The notes under the pieces are model-generated. The model did no database searches, was not told the DNA's origin, and saw only the letters and a list, made by a program, of their open reading frames with translations. From positions 16,802,001-16,866,000 of the forward strand of contig CM022666.1 in assembly GCA_012295275.1 (NCBI GenBank): a DNA stretch of 64,000 nt, in the 5' to 3' direction. Shown here one piece after another: positions 1-13,644 of this stretch. This DNA comes from Chrysomallon squamiferum. Lineage: Eukaryota; Animalia; Mollusca. Each line of letters begins with the position of its first letter. Within the stretch, counting starts at the first letter, position 1. A program made the translations under genes and the position numbers.

Positions 1-60
1 ACACACACACACACACACACACACAGACACACAGCTAGCTGATGTAAAAACTGAACAAAC

Positions 61-3000
61 ATTGACTACAGCATCAACAAGAAGTTTCCAGACAACTTCA
101 ACAGCAGCAAGTTGAAATATTTCGGTAATGAAGTCTTCAGTGGAAATTCTCTCATCACTCACAAACTTTTCCAACTTAACATCAAACTCTGAAAAAACAA
201 ATACAAAATTTCTCATTGTACAGTCTGTTATAGAAATTCAGATTTGTTTTTGTTTTTGTCTGTCTATTTATGTGTTTGTAAAATATCTACCTGTTTTCTT
301 CAATTCAGATTTGTTTTCTGTTTGTCTGTCTATTTATGTGTTTGTAAAATATCTACCTGTTTTCTTCTGTTCAGATTTCTGTTTTCTGTTTGTCTGTCTA
401 TTTATGTGTTTGTAAAATATCTACCTGTTTTCTTCAATTCAGATTTTGGAGAAACATCAGTTTTCTATAAAACAGAGAAAATTAGAATAAACACTTCAAA
501 GATGAAATGCAATGTATGACAAATTTACAAACATACATATATAGGTATGTACATGCATACATTCAAACACATACACACACACATACATACACATATACAC
601 ACACATAAATACACACATACATACATACACACACATACACACATACATACATACACACACAGATACATACACACATACATACATACATAGATACATAGAT
701 ACATACATAGATTCATACATTCATACACACATACACACATACATACATACATACGCACATACATACACACATACATACATACATACACACATATACACAC
801 ACATACATACATACACACATATATACATACATACATACACACATACACACATACACACATACATAGATACATGCATACATACACACACACATACATACAT
901 ACATGTATACATACACACACACACACATACATACATACATACATACATACATACACACACACATACATAAATACATGTACAGACACTTTTACACTGACAA
1001 CACGTTATTAATGGCCATATTTGTGATTTTATTATTTTATAAAGTGAAGTACTACAGTGATTCTGTTATAAAATACAACAATGTGCATATTAACATGTTT
1101 CCAGGAAGGGACATTGGCCTGTCTGTTACTGGCTAGAATAGTGATTGGGGAAAAAACAAATAAATAATAATTTAGAAAAAATAAATTACTCCTGAAACTT
1201 AATTATGTTCATGCGTGCAATTCCTGTTGCATTCTTGCTTCTAATTCTGATTATTCTGAGGAGTATCATTTTCACCCTCCTCCTTTCAAAGCATTTTGAT
1301 AAGACATTTTTAGAATTCCTTCTTGTTTTTCTCAAAACTGAAGTCTGAGTAACTAGTACAAGATAGAACAGAGCAGAGGTGATTAACGTAGGAAGCTAAA
1401 TAATAAAATATATTAAAAATGTTAAGATAATAAATAAAGAATAAATACTACTTGAGTTGTTATTAAAATAATATTTCAAGTTTTAATTACAAAAATACAT
1501 TCATTTTCCTGGTGTAATTAAAACAATGTTTCGAGTTTTACCTGTAGTTTTGAAGGTGTAACTAAGACAATGTTTTGAGTTTTACCTGTAGTTTTGAAGT
1601 TGTAACTAAGACAATGTTTTTAACTGTAGTTTTAAGACAATGTTTTGAGTTTTACCTGTAGTTTTGAAGGTGTAACTAAGACAATGTTTTGAGTTTTACC
1701 TGTAGTTTTGAAGGTGTAACTAAGACAATGTTTTGAGTTTTACCTGTAGTTTTGAAGGTGTAACTAAGACAATGTTTGGAGTTTTACCTGTAGTTTTGAA
1801 GGTGTAACTAAGACAATGTTTTGAGTTTTACCTGTAGTTTTGAAGGTGTAACTAAAACAATGTTTTGAGTTTTACCTGTAGTTTTGAAGGTGTAACTAAA
1901 ACAATGTTTTGAGTTTTACCTGTAGTTTTGAAGGTGTAACTAAGACAATGTTTGGAGTTTTACCTGTAGTTTTACCTTTTGAAGGTGTAACTAAGACAAA
2001 TTTGGAGTTTTTTACCTGTAGTTTTGAAGGTGTAACTAAGACAATGTTTGGAGTTTTACCTGTAGTTTTGAAGGTGTAACTAAGACAATGTTTGGAGTTT
2101 TACCTGTAGTTTTGAAGGTGTAACTAAAACAATGTTTTGAGTTTTACCTGTAGTTTTGAAGGTGTAACTAAGACAATATTTGGAGTTTTACCTGTAGTTT
2201 TGAAGGTGTAACTAAGACAATGTTTGGAGTTTTACCTGTAGTTTTGAAGGTGTAACTAAGACAATGTTTGGAGTTTTACCTGTAGTTTTGAAGGTGTAAC
2301 TAAAACAATGTTTTGAGTTTTACCTGTAGTTTTGAAGGTGTAACTAAGACAATGTTTTGAGTTTTACCTGTAGTTTTGAAGGTGTAACTAAGACAATGTT
2401 TGGAGTTTTACCTATAGTTTTGAAGGTGTAACTAAGACAATGTTTGGAGTTTTACCTGTAGTTTTGAAGGTGCTGATGACTCTGGTACGGCTAGTTTTCG
2501 TTTTACTCCTTTCACTGCTGCTTGCTCCGAGTTTCGTCTTTGTCTTTGAACAAAGAAACCAGTTACAATCCATTTCTTTACAACACCAGTATTTACATTT
2601 TTTATTTATTCAAATCATTATTTTTATTTCCAGTGACAAAGTGCTTATATAAATCAAGAAAAACAGCTCAGTTTGGTATAAGTAATATTTGTTTCAAGTT
2701 TTCGATGTTAGTTCAATATTTAATATGTTTTAAATGATATTTTTGGTGTGATTGTCTGCATATCTGTGTAAGGATATATGTATATCTTTGCATGTCTATG
2801 TCTGTGTGTGTCTGTGTGTGTGTGTGTGTGTGTGTGTATCTGTGTATCTGTGTTTGTGTGTCTGTCTGTCTGAACGAGAATGTGTGTATATCTTTGCATC
2901 TTTCACTCTTTGTGTGTGTTTAAAAACTCATGTATTTTGAATAAAGACATAACTGAGAATTTTTACCTGAGACATGGAGACCCAGTGTGTGCAGACTTTT

Positions 3001-6000
3001 CTGTCTGGCTGTGACTTCTTGTTAACCTGGTTTCTCTCACGTCACACTGAGATTTCTGAGGCTTCACTGCAACAGCATCAGCAGGCACCTCGGCAGCAAA
3101 CTTTGGCAGTTTGTGGAGGATGGTGTCGTGTTTGGGCTGATGAGCAACTCGACTTTTCTTCAGCACATGAGTGAGTGGTAGACACTCACCTGTCATCAGA
3201 CACTGCAACCTTTCACCTGTAACTTTGTCTTTCAACTTTTTAGCTGTAACTTTGTCTTTCAACCTTTCACCTGTAACTTTGTCTTTCAACCTTTCACCTG
3301 TAACTTTGTCTTTCAACTTTTTAGCTGTAACTTTGTCTTTCAACCTTTCACCTGTATAGTTTTGTTTTATCATTTTAGCTGTAACTTTGTCTTTCAGATT
3401 TTCTTCTGAAGCTGTTTCTTTCAGGACTTCACCGGACTCAGCTTTTTTAGTTTTCCTGCCCTTTTTCCTGTGGACGTCAGCTGATTTCAGGGTGGGGGAG
3501 GGTGGCAGGGGAGACAGGGGTTTAACAAAGTTAAACAAATCAGTGTCCACAGAGATGAGCTCAGTGTGAATCAAGTCCATGACGGATGTAAACATTTCAC
3601 TCGAGTTGTTTGCGTCGTGTTTTGGAAGGAAAGCAGCAGGAAGACAGGCTTCTTCTGGCGAATCAACAAACTCTCTGCCACTTTCCATTTCTGGAACAAA
3701 CCCCAACACACCATCACTGTCTTGGAACATGTCACTTTTACCAGCAGAGAAACCAAACGAGATCTGAGTTTCAATCCTGGGTTTTGTGATTTCCTGCTTA
3801 CACCATTCATTGTCAGACTGTACCAGCGTCTTCCCATCTCTTCCTCCATGTGTCTGATTATTTTTATTTATCACACAAACTGTTTCTTCACACTGACTGA
3901 GTGATGTTGTCTCACAGTTTGTTTGTTCAGGTCTCTCTGTGTCTAAGTTTGACATGACACAGTTTGACATGACACTAGCAGGGTGACATGACGTGTTCCT
4001 GTCATGTTGGCCAAACACAGGTCTGAATGCACTGGACATGTCAGTTGACAACAAGCGAGTCACTCTCTTATTTCTCTCTTCAGTGTGCTTGTCATGTGAC
4101 CTGTCTGTCACATGACTGTTTAAACTAAACCCATTTCTTTCACCTCTCATTTCACCAGTGTTTGTAAAACACAAATTATCTACATCAACCAATTTCTTAA
4201 CATTTTCAGTTTCTTCATCAACCATTTGTTTAACATTTTCAGTTTCTTCATCAACCAATTGTTTAACATTTTCAGTTTCTTCATCAACCAATTGTTTAAC
4301 ATTTTCAGTTTCTACATCAACTAATTTTTTAACATTTTCAGTTTCTTCATCAACCAATTGTTTAACATTTTCAGTTTCTTCATCAACCAATTGTTTAACA
4401 TTTTCAGTTTCTACATCAACTAATTTCTTAACATTTTCAGTTTCTACATCAACTAATTTCTTAACATTTTCAGTTTCTACATCAACTAATTTTTTAACAT
4501 TTTCAGTATCTGTATAAATCAACTGTTTCTCATTTTCAGTTTCTACATCCACTAACTGTTTCTCATTTTCAGTTTCAATATCAACCAATTTTTTAACATT
4601 TTCAGTTTCTACATCAATCAACTGTTTCTCTTGTTCTGTTTCTACATCAATCAACTGTTTCTCTTGTTCTGTGTCTACATCAATCAACTGTTTCTCTTGT
4701 TCTGTGTCTACATCATGTAAATATCTATCATCAGCCGAGTGTCTGACACTGGAGGCTGGTTTTAAAGATTTGCTGTTGTAATCACTAGAACCAGCCTCCA
4801 ACGTCTTCCCACTGCTCAGTCTGTTTAGCTTTTTTGTCTTCCTAACCTTAACCTGTAAAGACTTTCTACCTGAACATTTCCCAGGTGTTGAAATGTTACT
4901 TTCTGATTTATCACAGAAATCGTTCTGTGTTTGTTGTGAAGATGAAGGGGACAAGTCATTCTGTTTGTGATCTTTGCTTGGACGAGAGCTGGCAGACAGA
5001 CTGGCCTGTGAAACAGCAGACTCACTCAGTGATTCCTCGTCCAGTCTGCTGTGTTTACTTTGAGGAGTTCTCTGTTCTGTGTCAGAGCTCTCCTCACTGT
5101 CAGACGTTGCTGGACAAAATTCAGATGAAACAATTCGATGCTGAGTTTTCTTCCTGCTAACTCTGTCTGGTTTCAAACGTCCTCTCTTCTTCACCACTTT
5201 ATTTACCACCTTACAAGTTAGCACTTCATCAGCTGTCTTACTCACCACTTCATCAGCTATCTTACTCACCACTTCATCACCATCAGGTGAATTGTTCACC
5301 ACTTCATCACCATATCTTGTTCACCACTTCATCACCATCAGGTGAATTGTTCAGCACTTCATCAGCTATCTTACTCACCACTTCATCACCATCAGGTGAA
5401 TTGTTCAGCACTTCATCACCATCAGGTGAATTGTTCAGCACTTCATCACCATCAGGTGAATTGTTCAGCACTTCATCAACTATTATTTTCTTGTTGTCAT
5501 TAATGTCTGTCAATTTCTTACATGCAGGAGACATCCTTAGTCTGGATAATGAAACTTCATTTTCTGATTCATCACTTTCCTCAGATAAATTACTTTCAGT
5601 GTTCACTTTATCCTTACTTTCAGTGTTCACTTTATCCTTACTTTCAGTGTTCACTTTATCCTTACTTTCAGAGTTCACTTTATCCTTTTTCAGTGTTCAC
5701 TTTAACTTTCAGTGTTCACTTTATCCTTACTTTCAGAGTTCACTTTATCCTTACTTTCAGGATAATGAAAGTTCACTTTTCCTGATTCAGTGTTCACTTT
5801 ATCCTTACTTTCAGTGTTCACTTTATCCTTATTTTCAGAGTTCACTTTATCCTTACTTTCAGTGTTCACTTTATCCTTACTTTCAGTGTTCACTTTATCC
5901 TTACTTTCAGAGTTCACTTTATCCTTACTTTCAGTGTTCACTTTATCCTTACTTTCAGAGTTCACTTTATCCTTACTTTCAGTGTTCACTTTATCCTTAC

Positions 6001-7283
6001 TTTCAGAGTTTACTTTATCCTTACTTTCAGTGTTCACTTTATCCTTACTTTCAGAGTTCACTTTATCCTTACTTTCAGTGTTTACTTTATCCTTACTTTC
6101 AGTGTTCACTTTATCCTTACTTTCAGAGTTTACTTTATCTTTACTTACATCATATTCATAGTTCAGTTTACAAGCAGATAAGTCACTTTTGAAGTTAGTT
6201 TTTTCCTGTACAGGCTGAAAGGTCACAGAAGACAAGTGGCTAACATCAAATGTCATTGAGCCCTTTCTTTTGGTTTCATCCGCCCAATGTTTTCCAGTTC
6301 TACTCCCAGGTTTGCCTCCAGTCTGCAATTCACATTCCTCTGATCTGACAGACAACTGTGAGTCACTCTCTGCGTCTAACTCACACGTCTCCTGTCTCGT
6401 GTCACTCACTGAGCTGTCTCTGTTGAGAGACGTCTCCACTGACTTTATTTTCACCTTTTCACACAACAATGAACTGCAGAAATCTTCTTGGTTTTCTGAA
6501 TTTCCTTTCACTGTGATTTCAGATGTATTCCTGAACAAGACTTCATCTACTGAAATCTGTGAATCAACAGAATTCCCTGCACCAGGTGAAAACTCTGTAT
6601 CAACCAGAGTCTCAGCACTGTTTTCTTCCACATAAATATCACGTTCCAACCAGATATTTTCACCAGATATCTCATTGTCTACTTTCCATTTGAGTCCTGT
6701 ATCAGCAGACTTCTTGAGTGACACTGAGTCATCTAATTTCAGACTGAGTCCTGTATCTGTAGATTTCTTGAGTAACATTAAGTCATAAACTTCATCTTCT
6801 TTATCATGTGTTATTACTTTTTCCTTCATCACAGATATCTGAGTTATCTTCTTTATCATGTGTTATTACTTTTTCTTCATCACAGATATCTGAGTTATCT
6901 TCTTTATCATGTGCTATTACTTTTTCTTCATCACAGATATCTGAGTTATCTTCTTTATCATGTGTTATTACTTTTTCTTCATCACAGATATCTGAGTTAT
7001 CTTCTTTATCATGTGTTATTACTTTTTCTTCATTTCTATTCTGATTGGTTTCTGCATTTACATCAGAAAACCTGATTGGCTCAAACTGACAGGAAGCATG
7101 CTTCATCGGTGATAAGCTGTTTTCAAATACTGTGATGACTTTTTCTTCTGTCAGATATCTGAGTTTTCTTCTTTTCACTACTTTTTTCTTCAAATCTGAT
7201 TTTAAAGCATTTTCTAAAAATCAAACTGAAAACAGTGATAAGCTGTTTTCAAATACTGTGATGAGAGAGAAAGTTCTAAAAAT

Positions 7284-7350
<67 letters not shown>

Positions 7351-7671
7351 CAGCATACAGTATTTATTATTTTTTCAAATAACAATGTTATACTGCTTAG
7401 ATAGGTAACAGTTCATTATGTGAGAACAGGTCTATGCTAAAACTGAGTTTCAGTAATTTAAATCTGAAAAAAGAGACCTTTTTATTTATTTTGTTTTGAT
7501 GTTACAGCAGTAATAATTTGATGTAGGAAGGTGTATATTATATGTGGTGTTATATGGATTCTGGTATATTTAGCAAGTTTACCTGCAGATTAACAGGAGT
7601 TGGGGGGAGAGGTGACAACAGTGAAGCAACTGGTGACATGGAGAATTTGAAGGAACATTCACTTGCTGTTG

Positions 7672-7708
<37 letters not shown>

Positions 7709-8651
7709 TTCTTCTACCACATGAACATGAACATCATCATCATCATCATCATCATGGTTACATGCTTCTTTGTCATCAGGGTTTTCTTTATTTGGTTTTT
7801 GGTCTTTGTTTTCTAATGTACCTACTACACAGAACGATGTACAGCAATTCAAAGTCAAGTCCAACAACATTTGTAATATATTTAACTAATGTGTACATAT
7901 AAGATATATATTTAACTAATGTGTACATATAAGATATACATTTAACTAATGTGTACATGTAAGATATATATTTAACTAATGTGTATATGTAAGATATATA
8001 TTTAACTAATGTATATAAGATATATATTTAACTAATGTGCATCTATAAGATATATATTTAACTAATGTGTACATATAAGATATATATTTAACTAATGTGT
8101 ACATATAAGATATATATTTAACTAATGTGTATATATAAGATATATATTTAACTAATGTGTACATATAAGATATATATTTAACTAATGTGCATCTGTAAGA
8201 TATATATTTAACTAATGTGCATCTGTAAGATATATATTTAACTAATGTGTATATATAAGATACATATTTAACTAATGTGTACATATAAGATATATATTTA
8301 ATGTGCATCTGTAAGATATATATTTAACTAATGTGCATCTGTAAGATATATATTTAACTAATGTGCATCTGTAAGATATATATGTAACTAATGTGTATCT
8401 GTAAGATATATATTTAATTAATGTGTATATATAAGATACATATTTAACTAATGTGTACATATAAGATATATATTTAATGTGTATCTGTAAGATATATATT
8501 TAACTAATGTGCATCTGTAAGAAAAAAATTAACTAATGTGCATCTGTAAGATATATATTTAACTAATGTGCATCTATAAGATATATATTTAACTAATGTG
8601 TACATATAAGATATATATTTAATGTGTATCTGTAAGATATATATTTAACTA

Positions 8652-8702
<51 letters not shown>

Positions 8703-9181
8703 CTTCAAACAAACTGTCAACTTCAAAATTTGCCTGGCTTGGTCTTTTATCTCCCTTTGGTACCAAACCTAAAAAGAAACGAAAATACATCAACATGTTA
8801 ACAGTTGCAACAATGGTAACACACTGATGCATCCATGTCAACTAATTTATATAACCATGTTAACAAACCTATGAAATCATATTAAAAAATCTATATAACC
8901 ATAATAAATAAATACACACAACATGTTAAGACATTTTTTCTACGCATACAACAGTAAATTTAAATGTTTAATAATTTCCAAATGTACAATAACTAACTAA
9001 AGATATCCAATGTTTATTCAGAAATACAGAAATGTAATTTAGTAAAGATTTTATACTGAACAGATTAAAATTAGTTCACATCATTAAGAAAATTATTTTA
9101 GTTCTAAATTACATTAAAACATTTTGATAACTTACCATTTTCCTTTAAAATATCCCAGTAGATTTCCAACTTGTCCTGCAA

Positions 9182-9223
<42 letters not shown>

Positions 9224-9691
9224 GGTAAAAAAAAAAAATAAAGTTTAAAGGACTAAAAAAAAAATTTCTAAAGTTTATATTTTACATATCTCTGAAGTTC
9301 ACGGACTAATTCTGAAGTTTATATTGTACTACATATCTCTGAAGTTCATATTACTACATATTTCTGAAGTTCATGTTACTACATATTTCTGAAGTTTATA
9401 TTTTACATCATATTTATGTGTGAGAGGTGTGTCAAGTTTATATTTTACCATAGATTTGTGAAGTTTCAATTCAAGAGACTTGATCAGATTGGTAAACTTT
9501 GTGTTCTCAAATTTAAGTGTCCGGATTTCATCTGAAAGCATTAAATAAAAAAAAAAATAAAAATTAGTAAGATTAACTGTATTATAACAAGCAGTAACAA
9601 AAAAATATAACAACAACAACAGTAATAATTTAAATATTATAGTAGTAGTAGTAGTAGCAGCAGTAATAACAACAATAATAGTAATATAACA

Positions 9692-9743
<52 letters not shown>

Positions 9744-10671
9744 TAATAACAGTAATAACAACGATGATAATGATGACAAGCAGAGTAAATTGATTAATTT
9801 CTCATATGTTGAGAAACTAGTTTATTTGACGCAGTGATTACAGTGTAATCTGACAGGAAAATGAAAATGTTACATAAATCTGGAGGTGACAAAAAAACTA
9901 AAAAAAATTCATTTAAACACAGCATTTTATAGATTAATGTCAAAATAATCTTTCAAAAGGCCATCAAACTGAACAGAGATGATGTGTTTGGGTTAGTCAT
10001 GGACATTCCATGGGGTCCATTTTTCAAGATGGCTACCAAGATATCATCTAAAAATAACTTTTGTCTTTCAAAATAAGCACTGAAATAAATACTGTTTTTA
10101 ATCACTTGTACACGTATAATATTTATAATTATTTATCCTGTAAAATTACGTTTTTGATTAATTGTACATATACATAGTTTTTATTTATACATATAAATAC
10201 TGTTTTTAATCACTTGTACATGTAAGATACTGTTGTTTATTACTTCTGCAAGTACTGTTTTAATACTTATAAATGTAAATACTGTTTTTAATTATTTATA
10301 CAAGTAAAAACTATTTTGTAAATGTTTAAATATGTAAAAGTTTGGGTTTCATTTATTTTATTATTTATACATATAAATAACATTTTAAAATATTTACACA
10401 TGTAACCATTCATTTTTTTTTTAAATTTATTTATACATGTAAATAATATTTTAAAATATTTATAGCTTAAACAGGTAAACATTTGGGTTTTTCTTATTAT
10501 TATTATTATTTATACATGTAACTACTATTTCTAACTGCCTGTACAGTGAATCAAGTACTAAAAAAGAATACTGACAGTAAACACTCTCACATGAAAAAAC
10601 AAAAATACAATTTGGAAATGGAACATTTTCTGTATACTAGCATTTATTAATGAAAATAAATAAATATGTGC

Positions 10672-10707
<36 letters not shown>

Positions 10708-13607
10708 TAAAACATTGATAATAAAAAATTACAGGCCTGGATGGACAAGTGTGTATGTAATCAACATTTCATGTGATCAGATTTGATAAGGTGGAGATAA
10801 AGAACAACACAAGAAAGACAACTGGCTGCAGGACAAAGGTGAAGATAACAGCTGACTGACACACAGATCTCTCCGAGTTCACAGAGAAGTATGTCTTTAC
10901 AAAATTCACATAAACACCATTCATTCTGAGGCAAAGAACATCAGGAACATCACAGTACAGGTTTGGTGTGTTTTTTTTAAAGTTTTATTGTTTAATTATT
11001 TTACTTTACTTTATCAGGAGGGTTGTTTTCATAAACAAAAATCACCAGTTCATATTTTAGGATCAGACTACTTGCAATGTGAGTAATATGTAAATATTTG
11101 AATCGCTTGTAAAACTGTATATTATGATGTGATATGTATATCTTTGAATGGCTTTTAAAACTGTATATTATGATGTGAGTAATATGTAATTCTTTGAATG
11201 GCTTGTAAAACTGTATATTATGATGTGAGTAATATGTATATCTTTGAATGGCTTGTAAATAAATAAATATACACAACTATGATGAGAGTAATATGATCAT
11301 GGTAATATGTAATTCTTCGAATGGCTTGTAAAACTGTATACTATGATGTAAGTGAAATGTAAATATCTGAACTGATTGTAAAGCTGTATATTAAGGATTA
11401 CTTGTTACTGAATAAAGACTGCTGTTCTCTGTGTTAGGTAAGTTTAGACTGTGTGACTGTGTGTCACATACATGCATGTTCTGTGTGCATGTTCTGTGTG
11501 AAGGTCTGTGTACAGCTCTGTGGTGTAAATCTTGTGACAGCACCGAGAGAATCACGAGTGAAATCATTGTCTAATACAAGTTACATGTCAACAAGAGACT
11601 GGTCTGTGCTATTTTCTATAATTTAATAATTTATACATTATCAGCTCTCTCATGTAGCAGTTTTGTGTTTTTATTCATTATTAACATGTGTTTGCATATA
11701 TATTACAGTTAATCATGTATTAATTACTATTTGTTGTTAACATTAGTTTGTATATGTGAACACAAGCAAGCATAAACACGTGCAAATTTAAACCAATGCC
11801 TGAATGTGCGCCTGGCTGCACACACTGATCCCTGATTTATTTAAAATGAACATTAACCTAATGTAAACCAGTTTGAATAAACTGAAAAAAAAAAAAAAAA
11901 ACTTGGCATGGTGCAAACTGGTAAATACCGATAGAAGGGAAATACACTGATATTAAAAGAATTCTCCTTTTGTTAGTTAATATTCATTATGTTTATTCTT
12001 TTTTATTTTACAAAAACTTTAATTAATTTATTATATTACTTATTGTATTAATAGTTTAAGTATATGTCAAAATAAGAAATAATTTTTAAACTTTTTGATT
12101 GTATACGGTGAGAGAAATACATACACATACACACATTTTATTTGACCTATATAACTACACTACTAACTACCTATTCACCCATTTCCAAACTCACACTTAG
12201 ACTATGAAACCATCTTACAGGTGATTTCGAGTGAGGTGTGTATTTATAGGTGACAGCTTCTAGCACACTTTGTGACTTCACCTTGACAAGAGATTTCAGT
12301 TTCAAAAACTGGGACAGCTGGAGCAGAAACTCGGGGTTAGAGTCTGAGACACCTGAGACTAAATCTGCACTGTCATTTAAAACAGTGACTGTGTGTGTCT
12401 CAGTCCAGCAGGTTAGGATGACTTGCTCTGACTGGGTACCCACACTCAGCCCGCGTCGCTCGGAAAGTTTGAAATAATAAATACACTGTGATGAGAAGTT
12501 CATATTAACACAGGACCAAGAAAGAGCATACAATCTACCAGTGTGTATCATATATATTTACTTTCTGTCTGTTTATTACATATCTGTATCATGTATTAAC
12601 TAGTATGTGTGTGTATTTATGTATCTGTGTAATATATTTACTTGTATGTGTGTGTATTTATGTATCTGTGTAATATATTTACTTGTATGTGTGTGTATTT
12701 ATGTATCTGTATAATATATTTACTTGTATGTGTATGTATTTATGTATCTGTATAATATATTTACTTGTATGTGTATTTATGTATATTTATGTGTATATTT
12801 ACTTGTATGTGTGTATTTATTTATCTTTATATGTATATTTACTTGTATGTGTGTGTATTTATGTATCTGTGTATATTTACTTGTATGTGTGTATATTTGT
12901 ACATCTCTGTATTTATATATCTGTATATGTATCATATATCAACTTGTATGTGTGTGTATTTATGTATCTGTATGTGTATAATGTATTTACTTGTATGTGT
13001 GTATTTATTTATCTCTATGTGTATATTTACTTTATGTGTGTATATTTATGTATCTGCATGTGTATCATATATTTACTTGTATGTATATGTATTTTATATC
13101 TGTATGTTATCATATATCAACTTGTATGTATATGTATTTTTATATCTGTATGTTATCATATATCAACTTGTATGTATATGTATTTTATATCTGTATGTTA
13201 TCATATATCAACTTGTATGTATATGTATTTTTATATCTGTATGTTATCATATATCAGCTTGTATGTATATTTATTTTTATATCTGTATGTTAACATATAT
13301 CAACTTGTATGTATATGTATTTTTATATCTGTATGTTGTCATATATCAACTTGTATGTGTTTGTTTAACTGTTTTTTTTTTTATCCATGATTACATTTCA
13401 AAACTATCAAATTTTTCTTTTCTTTTTAAAACGTTTTTTTAGTCAACTTAAAATATACTTATTTATCTATGAAACTTTCAGTACACAAGTTTCTCTATAC
13501 AACTTTCAATATACACATTTCTTTATATAACTTTCACTATACAAATTTTTCTATACAACTTTCAATATACAAATGTCTTTATTACAAATTTCACTATGTG
13601 TATGTGG

Positions 13608-13644
<37 letters not shown>

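Noticed and set aside
496-986. Cys/Val/Met/Tyr-rich, poly-L/I/Y, SLSL and ERER ORFs throughout the window
   Set aside because: These are translations of TG, TATG, ATT and GA microsatellites.
1188-1345. Possible additional ICE1-like exon
   Set aside because: Candidate frames end in stops, and exons 2543-2456 and 464-425 already join in phase.
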